A stretch of DNA of 22,155 nucleotides from an archaeon (GTDB lineage: Archaea > Iainarchaeota > Iainarchaeia > Iainarchaeales > CSSED10-239): the NCBI GenBank assembly GCA_037147375.1, contig JBAWVI010000002.1:1-22155 (forward strand), given 5' to 3'. The notes under the pieces are model-generated. The model was not told where the DNA came from, ran no database searches, and saw nothing but the letters and a program-made list of their open reading frames with translations. Positions 22,106 through 22,155 of the stretch are shown here, piece by piece. How positions within the stretch are numbered: position 1 is the first letter of the stretch; every line of letters begins with the position of its first letter. The translations under genes were made by a program, and so were the position numbers.

Positions 22106-22155
22106 ATAGAAAATTATTGCTTACATGATGCTGCAATTATTGCATCTTGTCCTTC

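Noticed and set aside
22114-22155. The 3-prime end of a minus-strand ORF at the right window edge (...EGQDAIIAASCKQ stop)
   Set aside because: Only 13 codons are visible, which is too short to identify or even to be sure it is coding.
856-22155. C/D-box sRNA, SRP RNA, RNase P RNA or other structured ncRNA in the intergenic regions
   Set aside because: I scanned the spacers on both strands for RUGAUGA/CUGA box pairs and for GC-rich structured islands. Only the three tRNAs stand out, and no convincing box pairs were found.

Overview
This is a densely coding, AT-rich segment (roughly 30% G+C by eye) of an archaeal chromosome, with most genes on the minus strand.

**Housekeeping backbone.** It is archaeal information-processing content:
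- SRP54, partial at the left edge and missing from the ORF track.
- A conserved block of ftsY, prefoldin alpha, aIF6, L31e, L39e and S19e.
- RNase P protein Rpr2/Rpp21.
- Three minus-strand tRNAs: Gly-GCC, Leu and Val-TAC.
- Archaeal DnaG, a DUF167 protein, the Hjc resolvase, Pth2, Kae1, CysRS and a small MazG-like NTPase.

GGTGA/AGGAG Shine-Dalgarno motifs and several TTG/GTG starts are visible. The tight packing, extreme AT bias, many tiny lysine/glutamate-rich ORFs and the lack of room for an LX gene suggest a small-genome, DPANN-like archaeon. That assignment is inference only.

**Accessory content:**
1. A secreted 791-aa protein with a lytic-transglycosylase-like (SLT) motif. It overlaps an NlpC/P60-like peptidase ORF that lies in the +1 frame, across a CCC-TAG-C site. 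These are peptidoglycan-type hydrolases in an organism that should have no murein.
2. A cassette of four tiny charged ORFs (three absent from the track) between srp54 and the ftsY operon. Two are paralogs ending in LL[KR]KYYKK.
3. A DnaG primase with a roughly 300-residue low-complexity insertion. It contains five near-identical 27-bp in-frame repeats (YENRDDKPR) and an RGG/RD-rich tract.
4. hjc flanked by a MazEF-like module and an RHH/RelE-like module, each with a candidate operator.
5. A secreted transglutaminase-like protein placed divergently to an SdpI/DUF1648-like membrane protein.
6. Two oddities in the tRNAs: an apparent A34 (AAG) anticodon in tRNA-Leu and a C at canonical position 55 of tRNA-Gly.

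No CRISPR array, rRNA, transposase or integrase was seen. All family assignments come from reading motifs by eye. No database search was run.
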